Part shown: piece after piece, positions 29,614-39,975 of the stretch
Layout of the letters: every line of letters starts with the position of its first letter
Numbering within the stretch: position 1 is the stretch's first letter
Translations under genes and position numbers: made by a program
Assembly: GCA_030583785.1 (NCBI GenBank)
Contig: CP129475.1
Coordinates: 1,106,209 to 1,170,208, forward strand
DNA from: Candidatus Dojkabacteria bacterium
GTDB taxonomy: Bacteria; Patescibacteriota; Dojkabacteria; B142; OLB20
Direction: 5' to 3'
DNA: 64,000 bases
Notes under the pieces: model-generated
What the model was told of the DNA's origin: nothing
What the model saw: only the letters and a program-made list of their open reading frames with translations
Databases searched by the model: none

Positions 29614-29844
29614 ATGAAAACTAAGGTTTCAGAAATAAAAATAAAGAACAATCTCATTGGTATGAGAAAGAAGAAGAAGCTTTCTCGGGCGAAGATAGCT
29701 GAACTGTGTGGCATAAGTCAGGGTGCATATTTTGCTATAGAAATGGGACGATCAATTCCAAATCTTAAAACTGCTTATGCTATTTCCAAAGCCTTAGGAG
29801 TTAAGTTAGAAAAATTATTTTATGCAAATGTTTATGAAAAGTAA
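29614..29844 (+). CDS. Cro/XRE-family small HTH regulator
   Basis: 76 aa, 'LSRAKIAELCGISQGAYFAIEMGRSIPNLKTAYAISKALGV'. Confidence 0.65.
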   Translation: MKTKVSEIKIKNNLIGMRKKKKLSRAKIAELCGISQGAYFAIEMGRSIPNLKTAYAISKALGVKLEKLFYANVYEK

Positions 29845-30025
29845 CAATAGTGAGTTTTCAGTTGAATACTTAAATCTAATCAGAGAAATCTTTACAAAAA
29901 AATATGGGTATGAGTTGCCAGAAGATAAGGTAATACGAATTGCTCGCAATTTATCAAGGTTCGGGGCTGTATGTAGTAATTACTCGAGAAAGAAACAAGG
30001 ATTAAAACCAATGTATGCAATATGA
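29822..30025 (+). CDS. small hypothetical protein (ICE early region)
   Basis: 67 aa, overlapping its neighbours. Confidence 0.3.
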   Translation: MQMFMKSNNSEFSVEYLNLIREIFTKKYGYELPEDKVIRIARNLSRFGAVCSNYSRKKQGLKPMYAI

Positions 30026-30423
30026 ACAAGATAGATGAAAAACAAAAATTAAAAATTCTTGAACTAATAAAAAAACATTTAGGGAAGGAAAATCCAATTC
30101 AAGTCGATGACCTTATTCAAGAAGTTATGATACCTGACCGAGAGATTAGGCGAATTGTTCAGTACCTAATCAATGAAGATAAGTATCCAATAGGCTCTAC
30201 TACGAAAGGCCCATATGGATTCTTCATGATTGTAAGCTTCGAGGACTATCTTGAGGCTGTTAAAAACCTCAATAATAGAAAAGAAAAACTTAAGGAGCGT
30301 GTTAGTTCCTTAAGAGAAGCTTGTATTCGTGATGGAATTCAAGTTCCGAAAGTTGAATTTTTTGATGCAAAGTCAAAAACAATTTTCAAAATATCTAATT
30401 CAGTTGTTATTTATCTTAAATAA
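30022..30423 (+). CDS. hypothetical protein (ICE early region)
   Basis: 133 aa with no recognisable motif. Confidence 0.35.
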   Translation: MNKIDEKQKLKILELIKKHLGKENPIQVDDLIQEVMIPDREIRRIVQYLINEDKYPIGSTTKGPYGFFMIVSFEDYLEAVKNLNNRKEKLKERVSSLREACIRDGIQVPKVEFFDAKSKTIFKISNSVVIYLK

Positions 30424-30791
30424 TGAAATTTTCAAAAACTTTATACGACTATTTTGTATTACTTACGATGCCGTATTTATCGAAGGAAGAATTTCAAGTC
30501 ACAGTTTATATCTGCTCACAATTGTCTTCAAATAACTGTAATTGGGGTTTTGTAAGTAAATCGGTATTGGTTGACGGTTTTCATCCAATTAACAAATTTG
30601 GAGTCATGACAACAGGAGGAAATGGAACTGGACTTACAACCGAACAAGTTATTAAAGGTTTGGAACAAGCAAAAGACAGAGAATTTCTTTTAATAAGCGA
30701 AATTGAAGATGATCCTGATTTGATTAAGGTTGAAATCAATCAAAATTATTTAAAATTTCACGCTTTTGAATATGTTCAAAAAAACATTTAA
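30423..30791 (+). CDS. hypothetical protein (ICE early region)
   Basis: 122 aa. Its stop overlaps the next start. Confidence 0.35.
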   Translation: MKFSKTLYDYFVLLTMPYLSKEEFQVTVYICSQLSSNNCNWGFVSKSVLVDGFHPINKFGVMTTGGNGTGLTTEQVIKGLEQAKDREFLLISEIEDDPDLIKVEINQNYLKFHAFEYVQKNI

Positions 30792-33700
30792 GAACCTTCT
30801 AATTATTGTATTAACAATAATCTCAAGTGGGATTCACAACTTACTGTTAGTTCAGCCAGTTTTTGCAGATTCTTTCTATCCGTCTGCTGATACACTAGAT
30901 TGTAATTTTGCAATGTCCACTTCTGTTTCATACAGAAGTTTACCGATAAACTCTTCAGATGAAAATGGACTTTCATACAATTTAGCTGATGTTTATGGAG
31001 CAAGCGGTAATTATCCTGAAACACATAGAATTACCGATATTACAGATATTACTTATCCTGATGCTCATAGATACAGAGGTGTAGCCGATCGGATTGCTAT
31101 ACCACCGAATACTCGTGTTGATATCGGATTTTATGTTCATAATTATGCTGGACACACAATAACAGCTCATCAAGGATATTTGTTTGTATCAAGGGCAAAT
31201 ACATCAAATGGTGATTGGGGAAGACTTGGAGCAGGTGGAAATGTAGGAAGTATTTCATATGAATATGCAGGTGTAAATCGTGTAAGAAATGGAAGATATG
31301 TAACTACAGGAAATCTTGGAACCTATCCTGCGAATCCTATTAGTAACCCTCCATTAGGGCGAACCATTTATTCATTTACTTCGATTCAACCAATGCAGAT
31401 TCAGTCAAGAACTGCTAATTATGAATTTCTTTCAGGTGGATTATTAAGAATCAGATACGATTTAGTGGTAAGAAATGTGTCTCAATATACATTAAACAAT
31501 ATTAGAGTGTATGATGACCTTCCATCAGGAGAAGTATTTGATGAAACACATACTTTCAATGCAGGTCAGACAAGAGCATTTGTCTATTACGCCAATATGG
31601 GAACGACATATCCCACAAATATAGCAAACTCACCTGCTGTAGTTACTGACCCTAATCGACATAAGGAAGAAGCCTCATTTGCTTCAAATAATATTTTGGA
31701 AACTAATCCTGAATCAAGAACGCTTATTGTAGAGCGAGATGATGCAGGTAGTGGTAATTGGACTGGTAGGCAACCAGACTTTTCTGCTTACTCAGGCGGT
31801 GACTATTACTTTATTGAATTATTACCATACTCAATACGATCTAGTGAAACAACAATAAATGTCCCCCCCAATATTACAATTAATAAGGTAGTTTCAGACC
31901 AAGATGAAGCCAATGTTGAATCAAATGATAGTAATCCTAACGAAGAGATAACATATACGATTACAGCTACAAATACTGGTGGCAACGCTACAGGTGTTAT
32001 TGTTGTTGATGATTATACTGAAACATTTTTAGAAATAATTTCAACTGATGGTGGAAATGATGACGGTAACAGAATAACTTGGGATATAGGGGACTTTAGA
32101 AATCAAGAAACAAGGGTCTTCACAGTAAGAGCAAGAGTAATCGCTCCTCTTTCGCATGGAACATATAATGCACCCAATTCAGTAACGATTGTTAGTGACC
32201 AAACTAATCCTATTTCTGACACAACTCAAACAACAATAACAGCGGAAGTTAGAATGGAAATTGATAAAACAGTTTCAGATAGTGATGAAGCACCGAGTGG
32301 TTCAAATCATATTCAAGGCGGAAATCCCATTAATACTGAAAGACAAGCCACATATAGAATACGAATCTCTAATACTGGTGATGCAGATGCTCACAATACA
32401 GTAATTCATGATGATGTAACTCCAATCTTAAGAAATGGAAGAATTCTCACTATTTCTGATAATGGTGTTTTGACTACTCAAATGAATGGAAGCGGTCAAT
32501 TAACAGGTCAAATTGTTTGGAATATTGGAGATTTGCCTCAAACTGAGACTAAAGAAGTTCAATTCACAGTTCAGTTCAATGCAGGAATTGAAGATAACAC
32601 TCAAATTCAAAACATTGCTGAAGTTAGAACAAATGAAGTGCCACCTGTAAGTGATACTACCTTAACAACTATTCATTCTCCTATTCTTGAAATTATAAAA
32701 GATGATGGTGTCGAAAATGCAGATCCTTCAGATACTATTCATTGGGTAATAACTGTTAGAAATACAGGTACAGGAAATGCCTACAATGTTGAGGTATATG
32801 ACATTGTACCTGAAAGAATGACAGTATCAGATATTTCTGATGATGGTGCATGGGACGGAAACACTCGAAGAGTTGCTTGGAGTACCACTGAGCCACAATA
32901 TATCCTTAATGGTTCATATCAGCCTGATTTAAGGAGTACATGGGGTTCAAACAAAACTCTTACCTTCAATGCAAAGTTAGATGCTATTTTCCCTATTGGA
33001 ACTACTAATCTTACAAATATTGCCATTACAGAAACTTCTTTCTATCCACCTGATCAAACTGAACATAATTTGCCAGTTGAAGCCTATCCTAATAATGATA
33101 TCGAAAAATATGTTATCAATGAAACCTCTGTCGCAAATAACAGAAGCTTTAGTGGTAATAATGTAGATAGTGCAGAATTTGGTGCAGATGCAGATTCAGT
33201 CTTTGGAAATGAAAAAGATGTTCATGCCCTTGCAGGAGACACTTTAAGGTACACCTTAGTCTATAGAAATACAGGAAACGCTCATAGTCCTGATACTTAC
33301 ATATCTGATCATTTGCCAAAATATATTACTGATAGCAACGGAAACAGATTTCAGATAGTTTTACTAAACGATATACACGATGCTTCTGAAGGATTTGTAA
33401 TTACTGAAACAGAAGATGGATTTGATATTGTTTGGGATATTGGTGAATTACAAGTTGGAAATGAATGGAATACAAAATCATTCCGAATAAAATTAAATTC
33501 AGATTCGACTACAACATTATCATCTGAAGATGTCCAAAGATTAGTCAATAATATTTCTGAAATTGGTTCAGAAAACGAACTTGTAAGAATTGATACTGAT
33601 AATGCAATTATTAGAGTAAACCAACCTAATGCAACTATTGAAAAGACTTCTGATAAGATTGAATATCAAAGCGATGAAGAAGTAATTTACACAATTACGA

Positions 33701-34869
33701 TATCAAATATTGGTAATGCGAAAGCTTCAGGTATCGTTAGTGATTCACTCCCCGAAGGGCTATCTTTCAAAAGTACAAACTATGCTTCAGATAAAACACA
33801 AGTTAATGGTAGGGATTTAAGCTTTAATGTCGATTTAGATCCTTATCAATCGATTGAAATTTCTATTACTGCGAGTATAGATATCCCTGTTACTGATTTG
33901 GAAGTCTTCAATAATAAAGCTGTTTATAAATATAAAGACGACAATTCAAATAATAGACCTGATGTTGACGATGATATTGATATCACTGCACATGCCCCTA
34001 TTCTTGAGTTAGTTAAAGAACAAACACTACCTGAATATATTGCTCCTGCACAACCGATTGTTTACACAATCAACTTTAGGAATGTTGGAACTGGATATTC
34101 TCCGAATACTATTCTTACGGACAATTTACCTGAACATGTAACATTTGTTGAATTTTTACCTTCTGACAATGGCTTTACAGGTGTATACGATGAAGCAAAT
34201 CATAGTGTTAGTTGGGATTTGGGTAAACTTGAATCAAATCAAAGCGGTTCAGTTTCTTTCAGAGTAGTAATAGATATTCCTACTCCTGATGGAACAGAAA
34301 TAAAAAATACTGCAATTATTACTAATCCTGTAAGTGATGAAGTAGAAAGTGAAGTTATTACTGCAACTGCGAGTTCATGCTGTATGGGGGGATTCATTTG
34401 GGAAGATGAAAACAGTAACGCTATTTACGATGAAGATGAAAAAGGAATATCGAATGTTAGGATTAATATTAGTTGGGAAGCAACAGAATATCTTCCTGAA
34501 CATAATGTTGATATTTCCACTTCAGAAAATGGACATTATGAATATAACGGACTTCCATATTTTACAGTTTTAACTATCCGAGTCTTTAAACCTCAAGGTT
34601 ACGACAATATTACAACTCCTTCTGAGTTCAAGCTTGTATTACTGCCCCCTACTGATGATGGTGTAAATGAAGATTATGTAAAAGATGGAGTCAGATATTT
34701 AACTGCTTCAGGCTGTAGCAATTTCTTCAATGCAGGGATTTATCGAGATGTAATTATTGCTCAGACTGGTTTATCAGTTCTTATACCACTTTCAATTGGG
34801 ATAGCTCTTATTGGCTCAGGAATAGCCTTAATTAATTTAATTCATAAATCTAAAAAGAAAAAGCAATGA
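30766..34869 (+). CDS. giant cell-surface protein with multiple DUF11 ('conserved repeat domain') Ig-like repeats and a C-terminal sortase-type sorting signal (IAQTG + TM + basic tail)
   Basis: 1367 aa with an N-terminal signal peptide. Blocks such as 'ITYTITATNTGGNATGVIVVDD', 'IHWVITVRNTGTGNAYNVEVYDIVPE' and 'VIYTITISNIGNAKASGIVSDSLPEGL' recur. The C-terminus is '...IAQTG-LSVLIPLSIGIALIGSGIALINLI-HKSKKKKQ'. Confidence 0.7.
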   Translation: MNMFKKTFKNLLIIVLTIISSGIHNLLLVQPVFADSFYPSADTLDCNFAMSTSVSYRSLPINSSDENGLSYNLADVYGASGNYPETHRITDITDITYPDAHRYRGVADRIAIPPNTRVDIGFYVHNYAGHTITAHQGYLFVSRANTSNGDWGRLGAGGNVGSISYEYAGVNRVRNGRYVTTGNLGTYPANPISNPPLGRTIYSFTSIQPMQIQSRTANYEFLSGGLLRIRYDLVVRNVSQYTLNNIRVYDDLPSGEVFDETHTFNAGQTRAFVYYANMGTTYPTNIANSPAVVTDPNRHKEEASFASNNILETNPESRTLIVERDDAGSGNWTGRQPDFSAYSGGDYYFIELLPYSIRSSETTINVPPNITINKVVSDQDEANVESNDSNPNEEITYTITATNTGGNATGVIVVDDYTETFLEIISTDGGNDDGNRITWDIGDFRNQETRVFTVRARVIAPLSHGTYNAPNSVTIVSDQTNPISDTTQTTITAEVRMEIDKTVSDSDEAPSGSNHIQGGNPINTERQATYRIRISNTGDADAHNTVIHDDVTPILRNGRILTISDNGVLTTQMNGSGQLTGQIVWNIGDLPQTETKEVQFTVQFNAGIEDNTQIQNIAEVRTNEVPPVSDTTLTTIHSPILEIIKDDGVENADPSDTIHWVITVRNTGTGNAYNVEVYDIVPERMTVSDISDDGAWDGNTRRVAWSTTEPQYILNGSYQPDLRSTWGSNKTLTFNAKLDAIFPIGTTNLTNIAITETSFYPPDQTEHNLPVEAYPNNDIEKYVINETSVANNRSFSGNNVDSAEFGADADSVFGNEKDVHALAGDTLRYTLVYRNTGNAHSPDTYISDHLPKYITDSNGNRFQIVLLNDIHDASEGFVITETEDGFDIVWDIGELQVGNEWNTKSFRIKLNSDSTTTLSSEDVQRLVNNISEIGSENELVRIDTDNAIIRVNQPNATIEKTSDKIEYQSDEEVIYTITISNIGNAKASGIVSDSLPEGLSFKSTNYASDKTQVNGRDLSFNVDLDPYQSIEISITASIDIPVTDLEVFNNKAVYKYKDDNSNNRPDVDDDIDITAHAPILELVKEQTLPEYIAPAQPIVYTINFRNVGTGYSPNTILTDNLPEHVTFVEFLPSDNGFTGVYDEANHSVSWDLGKLESNQSGSVSFRVVIDIPTPDGTEIKNTAIITNPVSDEVESEVITATASSCCMGGFIWEDENSNAIYDEDEKGISNVRINISWEATEYLPEHNVDISTSENGHYEYNGLPYFTVLTIRVFKPQGYDNITTPSEFKLVLLPPTDDGVNEDYVKDGVRYLTASGCSNFFNAGIYRDVIIAQTGLSVLIPLSIGIALIGSGIALINLIHKSKKKKQ

Positions 34870-35023
34870 TTACATTAGTTGTTTTTATAAGCTTATTTAT
34901 AGTCTATGTCACATTCATATTTTTTCGAGGTGTTCATCGGGAGAAAAAAGACAGAAAGCATAAAAAAGCTAAAGATCCTCTTATTGAGGAAGAAAATCAA
35001 ACTTAAATTATTAAACAAACATA

Positions 35024-35362
35024 ATGAAAGACAAAATAAAGAAAATTAGAAATCTCGTATTAGCAAGTGCATCTTTTCTGATGTATCCATTCATTGCACT
35101 TCAAACTGTTTATGCTCAATCTGATCCAAGTGCTGAAATCTCAGCAATAATTGAAAGGATTGTTACCTTAGCAACTAGAGTCGGTTCAGGTGTATTTATC
35201 CTTTTCATTATCAAAGATGCTTTTGATATGTTGAATAATAAAGATAATCCGCAATATCGGGGTGTTTTAGCAAGAGATATTGTCCTTTTCCTTATTGCCG
35301 CACTATTCCTCTTCAAGCCTGACTTTATTTTAGATGCAATTAAATTCATAGCTAATGTCTAA
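35024..35362 (+). CDS. VirB2/TrbC-like T4SS pilin-like protein
   Basis: 112 aa with signal peptide ending 'VYAQ' and two hydrophobic helices. Positioned at the head of the T4SS block. Confidence 0.4.
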   Translation: MKDKIKKIRNLVLASASFLMYPFIALQTVYAQSDPSAEISAIIERIVTLATRVGSGVFILFIIKDAFDMLNNKDNPQYRGVLARDIVLFLIAALFLFKPDFILDAIKFIANV

Positions 35363-35364
35363 TT

Positions 35365-37416
35365 ATGTTTAATTTCTTCAAGCACTACAAACCAATACAT
35401 GACGAAGCTACTAAGTTTAAAAGCAAAATTCAAAATGCTTCAGAAGAACAAAGAAAGCTTATAAACAAGCTCTTTGTTATTGGGATTGCCCTGATGTTAC
35501 TCATTGGGGCGATCCAATTAGCATTTCTCTTTTTGAATCAGAACACTAATTTACCTTCACCTATTCAACAGATAGAACAAAAAATTGAGGAAACACCTTT
35601 ACCTGATGGTACTGGAGTTCTTGATATACCTGAAGAAGCAAAAGGTCAATCTATACCTAATCCATTTGATCTATTTAATCCTTTCTCAAGTTTTCAAGAG
35701 TCTGTAGTGGATTCAATATCAGAGATTGTTATGCAAGGACTTGAGTTGTTTGATGATTATGTGGCTTTTACTCCTAATATTGCGAAAAATGATGGACAGA
35801 TAGTAGATGCTAGAGGAAACAATATCCCAATAAAAGTAGACAAGTTTTATAACGCTACACAAAGTGTTGCTTGGTTATTGCTTCCTTTAGTAATTGTTAT
35901 GACTGGTACATATTTAGTTCTGGAAGGCTCAGTTAAAGGCATTTATTTGCTTCAAGAAATCGCTAAAAAGACAATACTTTTTGTTATTGGAATGGTTGCA
36001 ATGCGATTTATATTTGCAACTGCAATCGATCTTACCAATGCACTAGATCGTTTTGTATTAGCAAGATTAGTAGCTACTAGCTCAACAGGTACATTGTCTG
36101 AATCCCTATTAGTGTCATTAGGAATGCAGATAACTGATCAAAAACTTGAGTTTTCAGTTACTTCGGTTATGAATGTCTTCTCCGAAATCATTTTATGGAT
36201 TGGACTGTTCTTTTTACTAACAACATTACTATTTCAGTTTATTATCCGATTCTTTCATGTGCTTTTGCACATGATTATGTTTCCAATTGTTTTTATTGTT
36301 GGACTTCTTCCAAGTGGTGAAGAATTTTTCAAGTCATACATTGAGGAAACACTAAGAGCTTTGTTTATGCAACCAATATTTTTAGTTGGTATAGGTATAG
36401 CACTCGAAATTATTAAAGGTGTTAACGAACCTATTCCAAAAGTCATACTTGGGCTTGGCTCACTTGCATTCCTAAACTTAATCCCTGCTATTGTAAATCG
36501 TTTCTCAGGTATCTTATGGGGTGTTGGCGGAGGTATTGCAGGAGGTATTGTTGCAGGAGCAACAATTGATCAAGCAAGAAAAGCTAAGGAAGGTATCGTT
36601 GCTGGAATGTCAGGAGGAAAATCTAACTCTGTAAGATCATGGGCAAGTAAAGCACTTGGGGAATCTATTGTTTCTAAACTACCAATGGGAAATACAGCAA
36701 GTAAGGTTGCTGATACTGGTCTAGCAATTCAAAGTGGTATTGCAAAGACAAAAGGAGTTGCAGGAACATTTAAAAATGCAGTTTCTTCAGGTGAAAGTTC
36801 CAAAAAGGCTTTTGCAACACTTGGAATGAAACCGCTTGATAATCGAGCATTAAAAGATGCAGGAAGTAAAACTTTATATTCGCTCTCGCCAAATACAGAA
36901 AAGATTCAAGATTTATCTGTAAAAGACAGCACTCTGCTAAACAATGGTCTGAAACAATCGACATTTTCATCTGTATTCAACAGTTCAGCTCTAGTTGAAG
37001 AACCTGCAAATATAAATCAAATGATGGATTTGTCACTAATCTCATTTTCAAATCCAAATACTTCACAGTATATAAACGAAGCTGTTCAGTCAGTACCAAC
37101 TGAAATCAATCAGGGAAGAACTTTCGATACAACAAATCAAAAACATTGGGGACATATAACGGATTGGTATACAAAAAACGAATTACTTACTGGTGCAAAA
37201 CCAAATGTTATTGAGAAGTTTGTACAAAATCCTGAAAACAGAATGGGAATTATATCTAAAGCTACAAATGAAGGATATTTCCAATCACAAGGGATTCAAA
37301 CTGTAAAAATAGTTGATCAAGTTCAAGGTCAAAATCCAGTTTCAAAGTATTACCCAGTAAACAATAAGTTAATTCAAAGTAATAATGCAGGAAATCGTAC
37401 CACCAAAACTAAATAG
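35365..37416 (+). CDS. VirB6/TcpH-like polytopic T4SS channel protein
   Basis: 683 aa with more than 6 TM helices and a long Gly/Ser-rich extracellular tail. Confidence 0.4.
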   Translation: MFNFFKHYKPIHDEATKFKSKIQNASEEQRKLINKLFVIGIALMLLIGAIQLAFLFLNQNTNLPSPIQQIEQKIEETPLPDGTGVLDIPEEAKGQSIPNPFDLFNPFSSFQESVVDSISEIVMQGLELFDDYVAFTPNIAKNDGQIVDARGNNIPIKVDKFYNATQSVAWLLLPLVIVMTGTYLVLEGSVKGIYLLQEIAKKTILFVIGMVAMRFIFATAIDLTNALDRFVLARLVATSSTGTLSESLLVSLGMQITDQKLEFSVTSVMNVFSEIILWIGLFFLLTTLLFQFIIRFFHVLLHMIMFPIVFIVGLLPSGEEFFKSYIEETLRALFMQPIFLVGIGIALEIIKGVNEPIPKVILGLGSLAFLNLIPAIVNRFSGILWGVGGGIAGGIVAGATIDQARKAKEGIVAGMSGGKSNSVRSWASKALGESIVSKLPMGNTASKVADTGLAIQSGIAKTKGVAGTFKNAVSSGESSKKAFATLGMKPLDNRALKDAGSKTLYSLSPNTEKIQDLSVKDSTLLNNGLKQSTFSSVFNSSALVEEPANINQMMDLSLISFSNPNTSQYINEAVQSVPTEINQGRTFDTTNQKHWGHITDWYTKNELLTGAKPNVIEKFVQNPENRMGIISKATNEGYFQSQGIQTVKIVDQVQGQNPVSKYYPVNNKLIQSNNAGNRTTKTK

Positions 37417-38149
37417 AGAAACAGGTATTCTTTCAATAATACTAAACAGAAGGAATTTCCTTGTTCTAGTAGCAATACTGCTATCTTTCACTATATGGTC
37501 AACAGAGATTCTAAATACTCCTGATCAAAAAATACTTGCTGAATTAGTCTTAGGAGGACTGCTTATTCCTTTTATGTTTGACGCTTATGGAAGACCGCTT
37601 CATGTTTACTTAATTGATGGTATTAAGCATGTATTCTCAAAAAAGAGACAAAGAATTGTACTTGGAAAGGATATTTCGGAAGGAATAATTATTGTTAATG
37701 ATTATCAGTATTCAAGGGTTTTTCAAATTGAACCGATTAACCTTTCGATGAGTAGTGAAGAAGATATTTATGCTTTTAAGAAATATTTACAACAAGCCTT
37801 ATTTGCACTTAAGCATCAAATCCAAATTATCACAATTCAGAAGCATTCAACACATGATAAAGCATTAGAGACAGAAATCGGTAGATACAAAAACCTCAAA
37901 GGGAAACTTCAAGATGAATGTAAATCATATTTGTTAGCTTACCAAGATTTGACTCTAACAATGGAGAGAAGCTTCTATCTTGTCTTAACAGCTTACGCTA
38001 AGGGTTTAGATGATGCAAAACTTAAGCTTGAGGATCAAGAGAATTCATTTGGAAAGTTATTAGAGCAAACCAAAGTGAGACTTATCCCTTTATCAACTCA
38101 AGAAATACTGAATTTGTCTAATCATATTTTATTAATAGCTGAAGAATGA
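37385..38149 (+). CDS. T4SS-associated membrane protein, hypothetical
   Basis: 254 aa with an N-terminal TM. It is translationally coupled between the VirB6-like and VirB4-like genes. Confidence 0.35.
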   Translation: MQEIVPPKLNRETGILSIILNRRNFLVLVAILLSFTIWSTEILNTPDQKILAELVLGGLLIPFMFDAYGRPLHVYLIDGIKHVFSKKRQRIVLGKDISEGIIIVNDYQYSRVFQIEPINLSMSSEEDIYAFKKYLQQALFALKHQIQIITIQKHSTHDKALETEIGRYKNLKGKLQDECKSYLLAYQDLTLTMERSFYLVLTAYAKGLDDAKLKLEDQENSFGKLLEQTKVRLIPLSTQEILNLSNHILLIAEE

Positions 38150-39975
38150 ACCCTATTAAGTATTTTGCAACACAATCAAAATGGGCATGGCAAGATTTGA
38201 ATTTTAAAATCGAGTCAAAAGGTCGTGAATATATTCGTGATGGAATTATTAAACAGGAAATTGCAAAGCTATCTCCTGACGATTCATTGGTTTACGAATT
38301 TATCAATAAAGGAAAGTTTATTGATCTTGGGAATGGAATCATTCAAACCTACATGATATCTGAATTTCCTCAGATTATTTATCCTAATTGGCTTTACGAT
38401 TTAACTAATTACAGCGAACCAATTGTTTTATCACAGTTTATAAAGCCAATAGATCCGCAAAAAGCACTTGCAGGACTTAGAAATAGAATAACTAATCTTT
38501 CAGCTCAATATTATGAACGAGCAGAAAAAGGAAAAGTTCATACTTCTGACTTAGAACAAGCAATTGCAGATGCACGAAGCATTGAAGATGCAATTGTTAG
38601 AGGTGTTGAAAAGCTTTACTCAATGACTATGTACATAAAGTTAGATTCAATTAACGAAAAACTCTTGAGTAAAAGTGATAAAAGCCTAAAGGATCTAACT
38701 TTCGCTAAACAAATTGAGCTACATCAACTTGTTTTCAAACAATCTGAAGGGATTGAATCATTCTTACCAAAAGGAGTTGATAAAGTTAGTGAAGAGTTCT
38801 ATCTCACAAGTTCCAATGTTTCGTCATCGTTACCATTTACTACTGCAACACTTAATGATCCTGACGGAATATTTTATGGAATAACAATAGGTGGTGAAAA
38901 GATTCGTTTTGACAGATTCTCTAAAACCTCCAAAAATTTTAACGGAATTATCTTTGCTACTTCAGGTGCAGGAAAGAGTTTTTCAGCGAAATTAGAGGCA
39001 TATAGGAGCTTGTTTAGGGGGATTAATGTTTATGTCATTGATCCTGAAGGTGAATTTAGAACCCTATGTAATGCAGTCGGTGGTACAAATATCGATATCA
39101 ATCCTGAAAGCCCAACAAAGGTAAATCCACTACAGTTTTTCTCAAGTAATGTTGATTCAAAGGAAGTAATGAGAACCCATTTAGGAGTTGTTAAAGGGCT
39201 TCTGAAGATTTGGTTATCGAGTAAAACATACAATAGAGGGATTATTAGTAAAGCTGTAAATAATGCTTACGCTTCAAAAGGAATAATACTTGAAGATCCC
39301 TCAACATACTCAAAAGAACCTCCAACTGTATCAGATTTGATAGCTAGTTTTGAAAAAGAAAGTGCTGATGGAAAACAAATCGCAGTTGAATTACTAGAAT
39401 ATTCAAAAAAAGGTGAACTCGGAGATCTTTACGATAATGCTTCAACAAGTGATGTTAATTTTAACTCTCCAATGGTTGTATTCAATATTCAGAAAGTACC
39501 TGACCAAGAGAAACAAGCTTCAATTTTCTACTTATCAAATTTTATATGGCAAAAAGTTTTATCAAATAGGAAAAGAAAGGTTTTGATAATTGATGAGGCT
39601 CACTTACTCCTAAAAGATGAGTCTTCAGCGAACTTTATTGAAAATCTTGTAAGACGAGGAAGAAAATATAATCTCGGAGTCATTTGTATTTCACAAGATG
39701 TTGACGATTTCCTTAATTCACCTCAAGGAAGTGTTATTGCGAAGAATGCTGATACAGCTCTGATACTTGCTCAAAAGAAACAATCAATACCAAACTTAGC
39801 TAAAGCGTTTGATCTATCAGATATTGAAAAAGACTACATAACAAGACTGACCAAAGGTCAAGCCTTGTTTATCAAAGGAAATACTCATTCTCATATTTAT
39901 ATTTACGCTACTCCTCATGAAAGGCAACTTTATTCATCGAGTGCTGAAGAATTAGCTAAAAATGATAAAAAATAA
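38146..39975 (+). CDS. VirB4/TraC/TrsE-family conjugal-transfer ATPase
   Basis: 609 aa. Walker A 'ATSGAGKSF', Walker B 'KVLIIDEAHLLL', and 'ICISQDVDDF' typical of VirB4-like proteins. Confidence 0.7.
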   Translation: MNPIKYFATQSKWAWQDLNFKIESKGREYIRDGIIKQEIAKLSPDDSLVYEFINKGKFIDLGNGIIQTYMISEFPQIIYPNWLYDLTNYSEPIVLSQFIKPIDPQKALAGLRNRITNLSAQYYERAEKGKVHTSDLEQAIADARSIEDAIVRGVEKLYSMTMYIKLDSINEKLLSKSDKSLKDLTFAKQIELHQLVFKQSEGIESFLPKGVDKVSEEFYLTSSNVSSSLPFTTATLNDPDGIFYGITIGGEKIRFDRFSKTSKNFNGIIFATSGAGKSFSAKLEAYRSLFRGINVYVIDPEGEFRTLCNAVGGTNIDINPESPTKVNPLQFFSSNVDSKEVMRTHLGVVKGLLKIWLSSKTYNRGIISKAVNNAYASKGIILEDPSTYSKEPPTVSDLIASFEKESADGKQIAVELLEYSKKGELGDLYDNASTSDVNFNSPMVVFNIQKVPDQEKQASIFYLSNFIWQKVLSNRKRKVLIIDEAHLLLKDESSANFIENLVRRGRKYNLGVICISQDVDDFLNSPQGSVIAKNADTALILAQKKQSIPNLAKAFDLSDIEKDYITRLTKGQALFIKGNTHSHIYIYATPHERQLYSSSAEELAKNDKK

